Positions 8,749 through 18,409 of a stretch of DNA of 64,000 bases are shown one piece after another. Below the pieces are notes generated by a model that worked only from the letters and a program-made list of their open reading frames with translations, made no database searches and was not told the origin of the DNA. The position numbers and the translations under genes are program-made. Each line of letters begins with the position of its first letter. Position 1 is the first letter of the stretch. This DNA is from Candidatus Wolframiiraptor gerlachensis (GTDB taxonomy: Archaea; Thermoproteota; Nitrososphaeria_A; Caldarchaeales; Wolframiiraptoraceae), in assembly GCA_021323375.2 (NCBI GenBank), contig JAJPCT020000017.1, positions 65,970 through 129,969 of the forward strand, in the 5' to 3' direction.

Positions 8749-9167
8749 GCGGCCTTCGCCTCCTGGACAGGCACGAGGATCGCGTTTATCTGGGCTATAG
8801 CCTCGCTTATCACGTTGCCCCTAACTGTCCGCCTTCTCCTCAGGCCCTTCTTCTTCCTTCTCTGCCTCCGCTTCTTCTTTTTCGATGGCGGCTTCTCATA
8901 TCCCCTGAAGCCTATACCCGCCGTGATTAGTATCCTAACCTTCCTAGCCCCGCTGACATCAGGCCTCATGGGGAAGCCATCCTTATCTGTTCCACCCGTT
9001 ATCCTGATCCTATACCCCTTATAACCTAGAACTGAGCCGTCAATCTCATCCCCAATCTTCTTCCCTATGAAGAGCCTGAATATGTTCGGGTCTAGGGTTA
9101 TGGTCTTGGCAGTGCCATCCGCCGGATTTGAGAGGACGAGCTTCGGCGCAGCGGCTTTCTCCGACAT
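8745..9167 (-). CDS. rps6e: 30S ribosomal protein S6e
   Basis: RITGGTDKDGFPMRPDV, RRRRTVRGN. Confidence 0.95.
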   Translation of the reverse strand: MSEKAAAPKLVLSNPADGTAKTITLDPNIFRLFIGKKIGDEIDGSVLGYKGYRIRITGGTDKDGFPMRPDVSGARKVRILITAGIGFRGYEKPPSKKKKRRQRRKKKGLRRRRTVRGNVISEAIAQINAILVPVQEAKAA

Positions 9168-9203
9168 CCTTTAAGAGGGCTTCAAGGGCGTCCTATTAAC
9201 TCT

Positions 9204-10979
9204 TCATCTAGCCCAGAGGGGATCTATCTTCCTCATTATCCCGACTATCTCCTCTAGGGTCTTCTTCGAGCCATCATCCAGCATGTCATAGTATTCTTTT
9301 AGGAGGAGCCTTGCATCGTTCTCGGGCACGGCCACGTAGAGTATTTCGCCCTCCCGGATATGCCTGCCGACAACCGGCTCCCTCATGGATATCGCGACCC
9401 TCATTCCAGCCCTAGCCTCTGGTATGCTCTGCCCTTTATCCTGTATCTGGGCTATTGTCCCGACAACCTTCCCCTTATCATTCATCATGGGGTATCTTGG
9501 CTTTATCAGCCCAGCCTGCACCTCGACACCAACTATCGCCGGCTCACTCCTCCTAAAGACATAGCCCTCGAGGATCTTTATCTTGCCCGGCTTTATCAGG
9601 CTCTCAAAGGCCCTCAACCTCCTCTTCGTCGTCTCCTCCTCAACCCAGCTCAGATAATTCTCGATGAGCCTGAAGAGTATCTTCTCCTTAAATATCCTAA
9701 TCCCCTTATTATTCGCCTCAATCTCTAAGTCATGATCAACCTTTACGTTGAATGCGAGGATGACTCCCTTGAGCTCATCCTTCATTCTTACGACCTCGGC
9801 CTCCACGATATCCCTCTTCGAGACATCGCCTATGCCAGCCCTCCTAACAGGTATGCCCCTATTCTTGAGGGCAAGGATAGCGGCCTCAAGTGTCCCCAGC
9901 GTATCCGCCTTGATAACAACGCCGATCTTGTCCGTGCTGAGGATGATCTCGCCGACCTCCATCCTGATCTTCTCGAGGATCTCCTGCTCCCTCGCCGGCG
10001 AGTCAACAACATAGATGGGTGATCCAGCTATAGCCTCCTCCAAGCCCTCGGCGACGATCTTCACGCCGGCTGCGGCCTTAACTTCATCAACTCGGTTAAA
10101 CCTGTCCCTTGGATCTCTCATCTCATCAAGGGGCTTGGGGACGAGGAGGGCTCTAACCCTTGTCGTGAAGGGGCCGTTCACGCCCATGAGAGCTATCACA
10201 TCACCAACCCTGAGGACGCCATCGCTGATTATCGCGTTTATCGTTGTCCCGAGGCCCTCCTCCTCTAAGACCTCTAGGACAGCTCCCTCAGCCGGCCCAT
10301 CGCCAACTGTGAGCTGCTTCTTCATGAATGCCTGTGCGAGCCCGAGAAGGACTAGGAGTAGGTCTGGGATACCCTCACCCGTCTTCCCGCTTACAGGGAT
10401 TATCGCGAGAGTTCTCGTGAAGTCCGTTATCTTGTAGTAGAGGTCGGAGTTGAAGCCGTGGATGGATAGCTGGCCCATGAGCGAGTATACCCTGTTCTGG
10501 AGCTCCTCCCTCACATATGCGGGTTGAGCATCGAGGGCCTTGAGGAGGGGCATGGTTCCCTGCGGCTTCCAGCCCGGTATCAAGTCTATCTTCGTTGCGG
10601 CGACGACGAATGGGGTCTTCCTAGCCCTTAGAAGCTCTATGCTCTCCCGAGTCTGCTCCTGGACACCCTCGTTTATGTCTATGACTAGGATTGCGAGATC
10701 CGCGAGTGATCCACCTCTTCTCCTAAGATTTGCGAAGGCGGCGTGGCCCGGCGTATCTATGAAGAGTAGGCCCGGTATCTCGAGCCTCTTGACCTTGACC
10801 TCGCCCAACAATACTTTGCAGGTCTCGATGATTGCGTCAAGCGGGAACATGCTCGCCCCGATATGCTGTGTTATCCCGCCAGCCTCCCTAGCCGCGACAA
10901 GAGTCCCCCTCATCTTATCAAGGAGAGTAGTCTTGCCGTGATCGACATGGCCAAGCACCGCGACTATTGGCGCCCTCAA
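9204..10979 (-). CDS. infB: Translation initiation factor aIF5B (IF-2)
   Basis: GHVDHGKT, EAGGITQHIGA, DTPGH, LRRRGG. Confidence 0.97.
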   Translation of the reverse strand: MRAPIVAVLGHVDHGKTTLLDKMRGTLVAAREAGGITQHIGASMFPLDAIIETCKVLLGEVKVKRLEIPGLLFIDTPGHAAFANLRRRGGSLADLAILVIDINEGVQEQTRESIELLRARKTPFVVAATKIDLIPGWKPQGTMPLLKALDAQPAYVREELQNRVYSLMGQLSIHGFNSDLYYKITDFTRTLAIIPVSGKTGEGIPDLLLVLLGLAQAFMKKQLTVGDGPAEGAVLEVLEEEGLGTTINAIISDGVLRVGDVIALMGVNGPFTTRVRALLVPKPLDEMRDPRDRFNRVDEVKAAAGVKIVAEGLEEAIAGSPIYVVDSPAREQEILEKIRMEVGEIILSTDKIGVVIKADTLGTLEAAILALKNRGIPVRRAGIGDVSKRDIVEAEVVRMKDELKGVILAFNVKVDHDLEIEANNKGIRIFKEKILFRLIENYLSWVEEETTKRRLRAFESLIKPGKIKILEGYVFRRSEPAIVGVEVQAGLIKPRYPMMNDKGKVVGTIAQIQDKGQSIPEARAGMRVAISMREPVVGRHIREGEILYVAVPENDARLLLKEYYDMLDDGSKKTLEEIVGIMRKIDPLWAR

Positions 10980-11045
10980 CCTCGCCGTGGGCCCTCACCA
11001 TTCTCTAGCCCATCAACTCGGCCTAAAAACCGTATCCCTCGAGGT

Positions 11046-11867
11046 CTAGGGGAGGTAGAGGGCTGGGGAGCCTCCATAATGCGGGTCAGAGCCAAGCTCC
11101 TTCAACGTCTCATCGAATGCCTCCTGTATTGGGAGCTTCTCGGAGTATAGTTTTCTGAGGAGCTTTATCGTGAAGGCGTCAGTGTAGTCTGGCGAGATCT
11201 CTCCCCTGAATCCTATATACGCTCCTGCGCCGCGCTCGAAGAAGGCTGAGGCCATGACATTATCATTGCCCGTGAAGCAGGACGCCGCGATTATCAAAGT
11301 CCTCTTGAATGTCCCATGAAGCTTCTCCGAGATATAATGTGGCGGGGCGACGCAATAAGTCTCATTTGAGAGGAATGGTCTTCCGAGGAGAAGATAACCC
11401 GACTCAACCTCATCCCTATGAGATTCTGGGCCGCATTTCTCGATGAAGAGTCCGCCTCCAATAAATAATCCTATCGGCTGCCTTATCCTCCCACCATGAA
11501 CCCTGAAAACCACGAGGCTGTAACCCTCTAATGGAAGATCCTTTAAGAGGCTTAGCGATATATTCTCGGGGCCATAGACACCAACCTCGAAGCCCACCTC
11601 CCTCAAAACCTCAACAGCGGACTCTATGAAGGTCTGATTCGGGTAATCAGCGGCTAGCCCATCCAAGATTGCAGCCCTCATCTGGGAAGGCTCCTCGGGG
11701 CTGTGTCCCAAGTAGATCGCGGCAGGCACGATCATCGTGGCTACCACGAGTATCAGGAGTATCCAAGGCCACCTCTGCATACGCCGCCTAGAAAAATAGA
11801 TCCCCCTCCTTTTACCATGCGTCCTCAACCCAGCGTGAGGCGGGTTATGGATCTTTTTCGAGGACAA
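11046..11867 (-). CDS. Membrane-anchored hypothetical protein with caspase/gingipain-like His-Cys motifs
   Basis: N-terminal TM helix; FRVHGG, AASC, AFFERGA.AYIGF. Confidence 0.55.
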   Translation of the reverse strand: MSSKKIHNPPHAGLRTHGKRRGIYFSRRRMQRWPWILLILVVATMIVPAAIYLGHSPEEPSQMRAAILDGLAADYPNQTFIESAVEVLREVGFEVGVYGPENISLSLLKDLPLEGYSLVVFRVHGGRIRQPIGLFIGGGLFIEKCGPESHRDEVESGYLLLGRPFLSNETYCVAPPHYISEKLHGTFKRTLIIAASCFTGNDNVMASAFFERGAGAYIGFRGEISPDYTDAFTIKLLRKLYSEKLPIQEAFDETLKELGSDPHYGGSPALYLP

Positions 11868-11980
11868 GGTTCCGTGTATATATGCATATTAGGGGCGAGA
11901 TAAAGGCATATAACACAGCTTATTAGGGTAATATTGAAAAGGAAATGTAGGCGAGGGTAAGCTGTCTCTCGCCTAAGAAG

Positions 11981-13168
11981 GTGCTGATCGCGTTTTTATC
12001 CCTGGCGCTGATAATGAGCGTCTTTTCGCATAATGTCTGTGACGGCAGCCCCCAGCCAAGATATATTGAGGCCCAGATAACTATCACTACTACCGGTGGG
12101 ATCAATAGATTCTTCTCAGTTTCACTCGGGGATACGCTTGTTCAGGTAGTTGATCCACTTTACACGGTCTCCTCATCAACTACTGCGATGTTTACCACTA
12201 GGGAAAGCTTCACGGGTAGCGTTTCCGGGGACCTATCCGTAACAATAAATAACGGGGCATTCAACACCATATGGGTTGACGTTACAGCAACCTCGATGAG
12301 GGGTTTAACGATAGGTCATGCCGATTATTCAGACTTAATCGGCGACTTACAGCTAATAATTGTGCTGGATGTGGATGCTCAGCTTAGCGCCAGAAACATA
12401 GTAGGAGCATCATTAAAGGGATATGCTTTCAGTAAAAGCTCACGCGGCGGCTACACGGGTAAGTTATTAATCCTTAAGCTTGAAGGCTCATTAACAAGCC
12501 CGAACGAGTGGCAGTTTAACGGGAAAGGATGGATATTCGATGAAGCTGAATGTCAGCCGGGAACCTTTAGTGTTTCTGGATCAAGAGTGGGTGCCCCAGG
12601 TGAACTAAGAACGGTACCTCTTATGTCTGGTGGTGATGTGGTTATGCAGTTCACCACGAGTGATATAACGCTCGCCGCCAACGCTTCTGCACAATTTACT
12701 ACCAGGCAGCACTTGACCGGCACTTCTACCGGAGCATTAGTCGGTAGCTTTGACCTAGATTCAAATGCATTTATAATCACCTCGGGAACACATGTGGGCA
12801 AAGGATACAGCGTTGCAAGATTCGCATTCACCAACCCGGATGGAACGGTGGATGGCTTCCTCATACTAGATAACATCTACTACGGCGTTCATAACGGATA
12901 TATCGTCGGGGTCTCCGGAACAGGAGCATTCGTCAACAAGATCTTCCTAGGCACGTTTAATGGCGCATTCACCAACCCACCAAACTATTATGACTACGAG
13001 GGGTCGGGCTCCGTCAGAGTATGCTCGATACCACCCCCAGTAGGCGGCATTATACTAGACGCCAAGACCACCTCAACCGTTATGCTAGCACCACTATGGG
13101 CTTATGCCTCACTAATCGCAATAATCATTGCCACAACGATGATCATACTAAGGAGGAGGCTGAAATAA
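11981..13168 (+). CDS. Secreted beta-rich surface protein with C-terminal PVGG-TM-basic anchor
   Basis: Signal peptide, Thr/Gly/Ser-rich body, PPPVGG + hydrophobic helix + RRRLK. Confidence 0.7.
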   Translation: MLIAFLSLALIMSVFSHNVCDGSPQPRYIEAQITITTTGGINRFFSVSLGDTLVQVVDPLYTVSSSTTAMFTTRESFTGSVSGDLSVTINNGAFNTIWVDVTATSMRGLTIGHADYSDLIGDLQLIIVLDVDAQLSARNIVGASLKGYAFSKSSRGGYTGKLLILKLEGSLTSPNEWQFNGKGWIFDEAECQPGTFSVSGSRVGAPGELRTVPLMSGGDVVMQFTTSDITLAANASAQFTTRQHLTGTSTGALVGSFDLDSNAFIITSGTHVGKGYSVARFAFTNPDGTVDGFLILDNIYYGVHNGYIVGVSGTGAFVNKIFLGTFNGAFTNPPNYYDYEGSGSVRVCSIPPPVGGIILDAKTTSTVMLAPLWAYASLIAIIIATTMIILRRRLK

Positions 13169-13182
13169 CATCACAACCTCTC

Positions 13183-14178
13183 TCATTTTTCTCCAACACT
13201 CCACCGCACTTTACCTTCTTTTATTGGGGGTTTCCAGAATGGTTCTCTCGCCTCGACAGCTCTTAGGAATAGCCTCTTCAGCTCCTCGTCTGACGCGCCC
13301 GACCTCATTGCTGTGAGGAACTCGACCTCATTATCGCTTCTCATCAGGCATGGCTTGAACCTCCCATCATGAGTTATCCTAAGCCTTGTATCATTCATGC
13401 AGAAGAGATGGTTTCCAGAAGGCCTGACAAACTCGATCCACACGCCATTAGGCATCTGATACCTGCTCCTATAATGGAGGCTTCTCGTGATCCCCGCCAC
13501 CGCCATCCGCGCAACCCTCTCCTCGAGGCCGGAGAGCGGGAGATAATGATGCTCCAGCCCCTTGCCCGCGGCGAGACCGCATCCCACAAGTTCTATCAGC
13601 TGAACAACTATCTCACTGGATGATGAAAGCTCCTCGGCGAGCCTGATGAGATCATCGAGCTCATCATCATTTATACCGCGGAGTATGACGACGTTGAGCT
13701 TGACGGGGTTAAGACCCGCCTCTACCGCAGCCCTAACAGCCTCAAGCACCTGAGAATGCCTCCTAGCAGCCTCCACGAGATCCAGCCCGGTTATCATGGC
13801 ATACCGATCCGGCCTAGTAGAATGCAGGCTTATGTTAACCCTCTTCAACCCATGCATCCTGAGATCCCGTGCCATCTCAGCAAACCTGAAGCCATTCGTC
13901 GTCATCGAGAGATCCCTCAATCCGAGACCATTAAGCCTCGAGACTATCTCGAGTATGTCGGACCTCATCATCGGCTCCCCGCCCGTGAGCTTAACGGAGT
14001 CCACGCCAAGCTCCATTGCCACCCTGACGATGCGCTCAATCTCCTCAGGAGTCATCAGCTCACCAGATTTATCCTCGAGACCCTCACCATGACAGAAGAA
14101 GCATCTTAGATCACAGGCTGACGTGACCGAGATCCTGAGACCCCTCACTGGCCTACTATAGCGATCCATCAGGGTCAA
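13183..14178 (-). CDS. moaA: GTP 3',8-cyclase MoaA
   Basis: LRISVTSACDLRCFFCH, LTGGEP, FC....RLRIT.DG..KPCL. Confidence 0.95.
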   Translation of the reverse strand: MTLMDRYSRPVRGLRISVTSACDLRCFFCHGEGLEDKSGELMTPEEIERIVRVAMELGVDSVKLTGGEPMMRSDILEIVSRLNGLGLRDLSMTTNGFRFAEMARDLRMHGLKRVNISLHSTRPDRYAMITGLDLVEAARRHSQVLEAVRAAVEAGLNPVKLNVVILRGINDDELDDLIRLAEELSSSSEIVVQLIELVGCGLAAGKGLEHHYLPLSGLEERVARMAVAGITRSLHYRSRYQMPNGVWIEFVRPSGNHLFCMNDTRLRITHDGRFKPCLMRSDNEVEFLTAMRSGASDEELKRLFLRAVEAREPFWKPPIKEGKVRWSVGEK

Positions 14179-14207
14179 CGGTATGACGGCTCAAGATTCA
14201 TCCACGG

Positions 14208-14257
14208 CCCTTTTAAGCATAATTCTACAACATATCAGGGGGTAACGCTTAAAAGGG
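14208..14257. promoter_or_regulatory. Divergent moaA / ferredoxin-AOR promoter; 11-bp inverted repeat
   Basis: CCCTTTTAAGC-N28-GCTTAAAAGGG; each arm is a TATA-like box for one direction. Confidence 0.5.
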
Positions 14258-14281
14258 ATCAAGAGTACTGGAGCCTCCACC

Positions 14282-14767
14282 ATGCCGAAAAAGCTTGTCA
14301 TAAGCCCGAACAAGTGCACTGGATGCGGCATATGCATGCTGGCATGCTCCTACAGGCATTTCAAGGTGATCAACCCCGCGAGATCGAGGATCAGAGTTGT
14401 GAGGCTCCCCCATGAGCCCGTTGACTCGCCAATATACTGTATTCAATGTGGCCTCTGTATCAGCGCATGCCCCTTCAATGCCCTCTCAAGAGATCTTAGA
14501 ATAGGCGCCGTGAAGGTTGATCCCGAGAAATGCACTGGATGCGGCATATGTGTGCATGTCTGCCCATATGGCGCCGCATCTAGGGACCCTAAGACCCATA
14601 AGGCCCTCATATGCGACCTCTGTGACGGCGACCCAGAGTGCGTCAAGGTGTGTTCTGAGGGCGTGCTCCTCTACCTAGACCCGGATGATGCGGCCGAGTA
14701 TAAGCGGATAGCCTTCTCAAGGCTCCAAAGGAGGGAGGTTACGCCCCTAAGGCCCGATACGAGGTGA
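14282..14767 (+). CDS. 4Fe-4S multicluster ferredoxin (AOR electron-transfer subunit)
   Basis: Four CxxCxxCxxxC-type cluster motifs. Confidence 0.92.
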   Translation: MPKKLVISPNKCTGCGICMLACSYRHFKVINPARSRIRVVRLPHEPVDSPIYCIQCGLCISACPFNALSRDLRIGAVKVDPEKCTGCGICVHVCPYGAASRDPKTHKALICDLCDGDPECVKVCSEGVLLYLDPDDAAEYKRIAFSRLQRREVTPLRPDTR

Positions 14768-14774
14768 TGGGTGG

Positions 14775-16691
14775 ATGGCGGATGGAAAGCTTTACGGCTA
14801 TGCGGGCAAGATTCTCCGCGTCAACCTCTCGAAGGCAAAGATCGTGGAGGAGGATCTTAGGCCAGATCTACTGAAGCTCTACTTGGGAGGGACGGGCTAT
14901 GCTGTGAGAATGCTATGGGATAGCCTTGAGAAAGGAATAGACCCGCTTAGCCCCAAGAACCTGTTGATAGCATGCACCGGGCCGCTCACGGGCACCCTGA
15001 CACCATGCTCTGGCAGCGTCGAGTTCGCCTTCAAGTCGCCGCTGACAGGGATCTTCGGCCAAACTAGGGCTGGAGGAAGATTCGGGCCGAAGTTAAAGTA
15101 TGCAGGCTACGACTTCATAATAGTTGAGGGTGCATCAGATAAGCCCGTCTACCTTAGCATCATGGACGGGTCGCCGGAGCTTAGGGATGCATCTCATATC
15201 TGGGGCAAGACCGTTCACGAGGCGACCGATATCCTGCTCGAGGAGGTTGGTGATCCTGAGGCGTCTGTCGCATGCATCGGGCCGGGAGGCGAGAGACTGA
15301 TCAGATACGCGAGCATAATGGTCGACTATGATCGGGCTGCGGGGAGATGTGGTGGAGGCGCTGTGATGGGATCTAAGAGGCTGAAGGCGATAGTGGTGAA
15401 CGGTGACCGCGATATTGAGGCCGCTAAGCCAGACGAGTTCTATGAGGCCGCTCTCGAGGCAATAAAGGCTGTGAGTAAGCAGGGCAGGGGGTCACTAGGC
15501 CAGTTCGGAACCGTGGGCGGATTGCTTGGGCTGAACGAGTCAGGAGCCCTGCCGACGAAGAACTTCCAGACATGCTACTACGAGGAGGCTGAGAAGATGT
15601 CGGGCCAGGAGCTCGCGAGGAAATACCTACTTAAGCGAAGGGCGTGCATGGGATGCCCGATCGGGTGCGGGAGATATGTCTGGGTTCCATCGGGCCCATA
15701 TATGACGCCGCCTCATGAGGGGGCCGAGTATGAGACCACGGACATGATCGGCGTCCAAAGCATGATAGGCTCTCTTGAGCCCCTCATCAGGGCGGATTAC
15801 CTCTGCAACACCTATGGCATAGACACGATCTCGGCTGGAAACGTGATCGCATTCGCGATAGAAGCATATGAGAGGGGCTTGATAACGGATGAGGATACGG
15901 GTGGGATTAAGTTGAGGTGGGGCGATGCTGATGCCTGTTTAAAGCTCCTCGAGCTTATCATCGAGCGTAGGGGTATTGGGGATCTCTTGGCCGAGGGTGT
16001 TAAGCGCGCCGCCGAGAAGATCGGGAGAGGTGCTGAGGACTTCGCATGTCATGGCAAGGGATTGGAGGTGCCGGCCCACGATACCCGAGGAACATCTAAG
16101 TCTTTCGCGATCCAGTATGCTATTGGTAATCCGAGGGGCGCATGCCATATCGAGCCGCTATGGGCTGGGATGTGGGACTTCTCCAGATCAAGCCTAGGGC
16201 TTAGGGAGCTCGGATTACCATGGCCACCGCCGAGCAGGTTCGAGGAAGTTGGTGTCAAGAGGGGTGAAGCATGTAGGCTTCTCTGGCTCTATGGTGAGCT
16301 CGCGAGCATACTCGGGATATGCAGGTTCAGCATGCAGGGAGGAGAGGATGAGATACTCACGCCGGCGAGGCTCTCACGCCTAGTTTCAACGCTAACGGGA
16401 TGGGGTCTCACTCCTAAGGACTTGATCAAGATCTCTGACAGGGTCTATACGCTGAAGCGCTGCTTCAATGTGAGAGAGGGGGTTAGTAGGAAGGATGATA
16501 GGCTTCCGAGGAGGCTTATGGAGCCCCTTGCAACAGGGCCCACGAAGGGTCAGAGGGTAGAGAACCTCGACGTAATGCTCGATGAGACATATGAGGCTCT
16601 TGGATGGGATAAGAAGACCGGGAAGCCTACGAGGGAGAAGCTGAAGGAGCTTGGGCTCGATGATGTAGCTGAGGTCATTTGGGGAGGCTAA
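14775..16691 (+). CDS. aor: Aldehyde:ferredoxin oxidoreductase (tungstopterin AOR family)
   Basis: GKILRVNLS, KSPLTG, AAGR.G.GAVMGSK.LKA, CMGCPIGC, GIDTISAG, DRLP.R. Confidence 0.95.
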   Translation: MADGKLYGYAGKILRVNLSKAKIVEEDLRPDLLKLYLGGTGYAVRMLWDSLEKGIDPLSPKNLLIACTGPLTGTLTPCSGSVEFAFKSPLTGIFGQTRAGGRFGPKLKYAGYDFIIVEGASDKPVYLSIMDGSPELRDASHIWGKTVHEATDILLEEVGDPEASVACIGPGGERLIRYASIMVDYDRAAGRCGGGAVMGSKRLKAIVVNGDRDIEAAKPDEFYEAALEAIKAVSKQGRGSLGQFGTVGGLLGLNESGALPTKNFQTCYYEEAEKMSGQELARKYLLKRRACMGCPIGCGRYVWVPSGPYMTPPHEGAEYETTDMIGVQSMIGSLEPLIRADYLCNTYGIDTISAGNVIAFAIEAYERGLITDEDTGGIKLRWGDADACLKLLELIIERRGIGDLLAEGVKRAAEKIGRGAEDFACHGKGLEVPAHDTRGTSKSFAIQYAIGNPRGACHIEPLWAGMWDFSRSSLGLRELGLPWPPPSRFEEVGVKRGEACRLLWLYGELASILGICRFSMQGGEDEILTPARLSRLVSTLTGWGLTPKDLIKISDRVYTLKRCFNVREGVSRKDDRLPRRLMEPLATGPTKGQRVENLDVMLDETYEALGWDKKTGKPTREKLKELGLDDVAEVIWGG

Positions 16692-16727
16692 ACCTCAAAA
16701 CCCCATTCATCCAAGTGTATAGCGGGG

Positions 16728-17735
16728 TTGACGACCATAAGTCCCGATGAGAAGCTGGTCCTCGGCATAGAGTCCACAGCACATACATTCGGCGTCGGAA
16801 TAGCATCAAGCTCCGGCAAGATACTGGCCAACGTGAATTACGTTTACCGGCCGAAGGAGGGCGGGATACATCCAAGAGAGGCGGCTCAGCATCATAGCAG
16901 GATAGCGGCAAAGGCTCTGAGGGAGGCTCTCGAGCAGGCTGGCGTGAAGCCCATGGACCTCGATGGAGTAGCATTCTCAATTGGGCCCGGAATGGGGCCA
17001 TGCCTCAGGGTCGGTGCCACGGTGGCACGCGCTATCGCACTAAGGCTCGGCAAGCCCCTGATAGGCGTTAACCATAGCGTAGCCCATATCGAGATCGGGA
17101 GGCTCGCGACCGGCTGCAGGGACCCGGTCGTCCTTTATGTCGCCGGAGGCAACACGATGATCACGAGCTATATCGATGGCAGATACAGGATCCTTGGTGA
17201 GACCTTGGATATAGCTGCTGGAAACTGTCTCGATGTCTTCGGGATAAAGGCTGGCATAGGGCCCATGCCGGCCCCGGAGGAGTATGCTAGGAGGGGTGAG
17301 AGGTTTCACCCGCTCCCCTACCGGGTTAAGGGAATGGATGTCTCATTCTCAGGCCTCTTAACAGCGGCCCTGAAGCTCCTCGGAGAGGTTAGGCTCGAGG
17401 ATCTCTGCCTCAGCATAACCGAGACCGTTTACAGCATGCTGACAGAGACTCTTGAGAGGGCGCTGGCATATGCTGAGAAGGAGGAGATACTTCTCGTGGG
17501 CGGGCTCGCTAGAAGTAGGAGGCTAAGGGAGATGATCGAGGAGATGGCGAAGCTTCATGATGCGAGGGTCTACACGGTGCCCCCGGAATATGCTGGTGAT
17601 AACGGGGCGATGATCGCCTGGACAGGGGTCCTCCAACTCATCGCGGGCCAGACTCTGAGGATCGAGGAGAGCAAGGTTAGGCCTAGATTCAGGCTAGATG
17701 AGGCCGAGGCTAGATGGAGAATGCTAGGTCTATAG
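16728..17735 (+). CDS. kae1: KEOPS t6A threonylcarbamoyltransferase Kae1
   Basis: LGIESTAHTFG, GGIHPREAAQHH, VNHSVAHIE, DNGAMIAW. Confidence 0.96.
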   Translation: MTTISPDEKLVLGIESTAHTFGVGIASSSGKILANVNYVYRPKEGGIHPREAAQHHSRIAAKALREALEQAGVKPMDLDGVAFSIGPGMGPCLRVGATVARAIALRLGKPLIGVNHSVAHIEIGRLATGCRDPVVLYVAGGNTMITSYIDGRYRILGETLDIAAGNCLDVFGIKAGIGPMPAPEEYARRGERFHPLPYRVKGMDVSFSGLLTAALKLLGEVRLEDLCLSITETVYSMLTETLERALAYAEKEEILLVGGLARSRRLREMIEEMAKLHDARVYTVPPEYAGDNGAMIAWTGVLQLIAGQTLRIEESKVRPRFRLDEAEARWRMLGL

Positions 17736-17746
17736 GGGGAAGAGTG

Positions 17747-18409
17747 ATGATTGGGGAGAGGCTTGAGGTCATTAGGGTCGGCGCAGAGGCCGTTGTCTCC
17801 CGGCTCGAGTGGAATGGATTCAAGATGGTGTCGAAGCACCGTGTGCCGAAGCCCTACAGGTTCCCGGAGCTTGATAGGTTGGTTAGGGATAGGAGGACCC
17901 TGCATGAGGCTAGGGTGATCATGAACTTGAGGAGGCTTGGGATACCATGCCCGGCGATCCTCCTCATGGATAGGAGCGAGGCGACGCTCTACCTCCAGCT
18001 AATCGAGGGCGTTGAGCTAAAGAAGGCCCTAGACTCGCTGCCAGTCGAGGAGGTTGAGAGGCTGGCAAACATGCTCGGTAGGATTGTTGGGAGAATGCAT
18101 AGGGGCGGCATCGCGCATGGCGACCTCACAACATCAAATATCATGCTCGATAGGATGGAGAACCTCTATCTCATAGACTTCGGCCTAAGCACTATAACAA
18201 ATGACCCGGAGGAGCTGGCCGTGGACATACACCTCCTTGATAGAAGCCTAGAGAGTGTTCATCATAGGTTGAGGGCGGTGTTTATGAGGAGCTTTCTCAA
18301 GGGCTACGCAGCCGCGGCTGGCATGGACTTCCTACAAGCATTAATCGAAAAGGTTAAGGAGATCAGAAGTAGGGGGAGATATGTTGAGGAGCGGAGAAAG
18401 AGGTATTAG
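17747..18409 (+). CDS. bud32: KEOPS kinase Bud32
   Basis: GAEA, HGDLTTSN, IDFGL, RGRYV. Confidence 0.95.
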   Translation: MIGERLEVIRVGAEAVVSRLEWNGFKMVSKHRVPKPYRFPELDRLVRDRRTLHEARVIMNLRRLGIPCPAILLMDRSEATLYLQLIEGVELKKALDSLPVEEVERLANMLGRIVGRMHRGGIAHGDLTTSNIMLDRMENLYLIDFGLSTITNDPEELAVDIHLLDRSLESVHHRLRAVFMRSFLKGYAAAAGMDFLQALIEKVKEIRSRGRYVEERRKRY

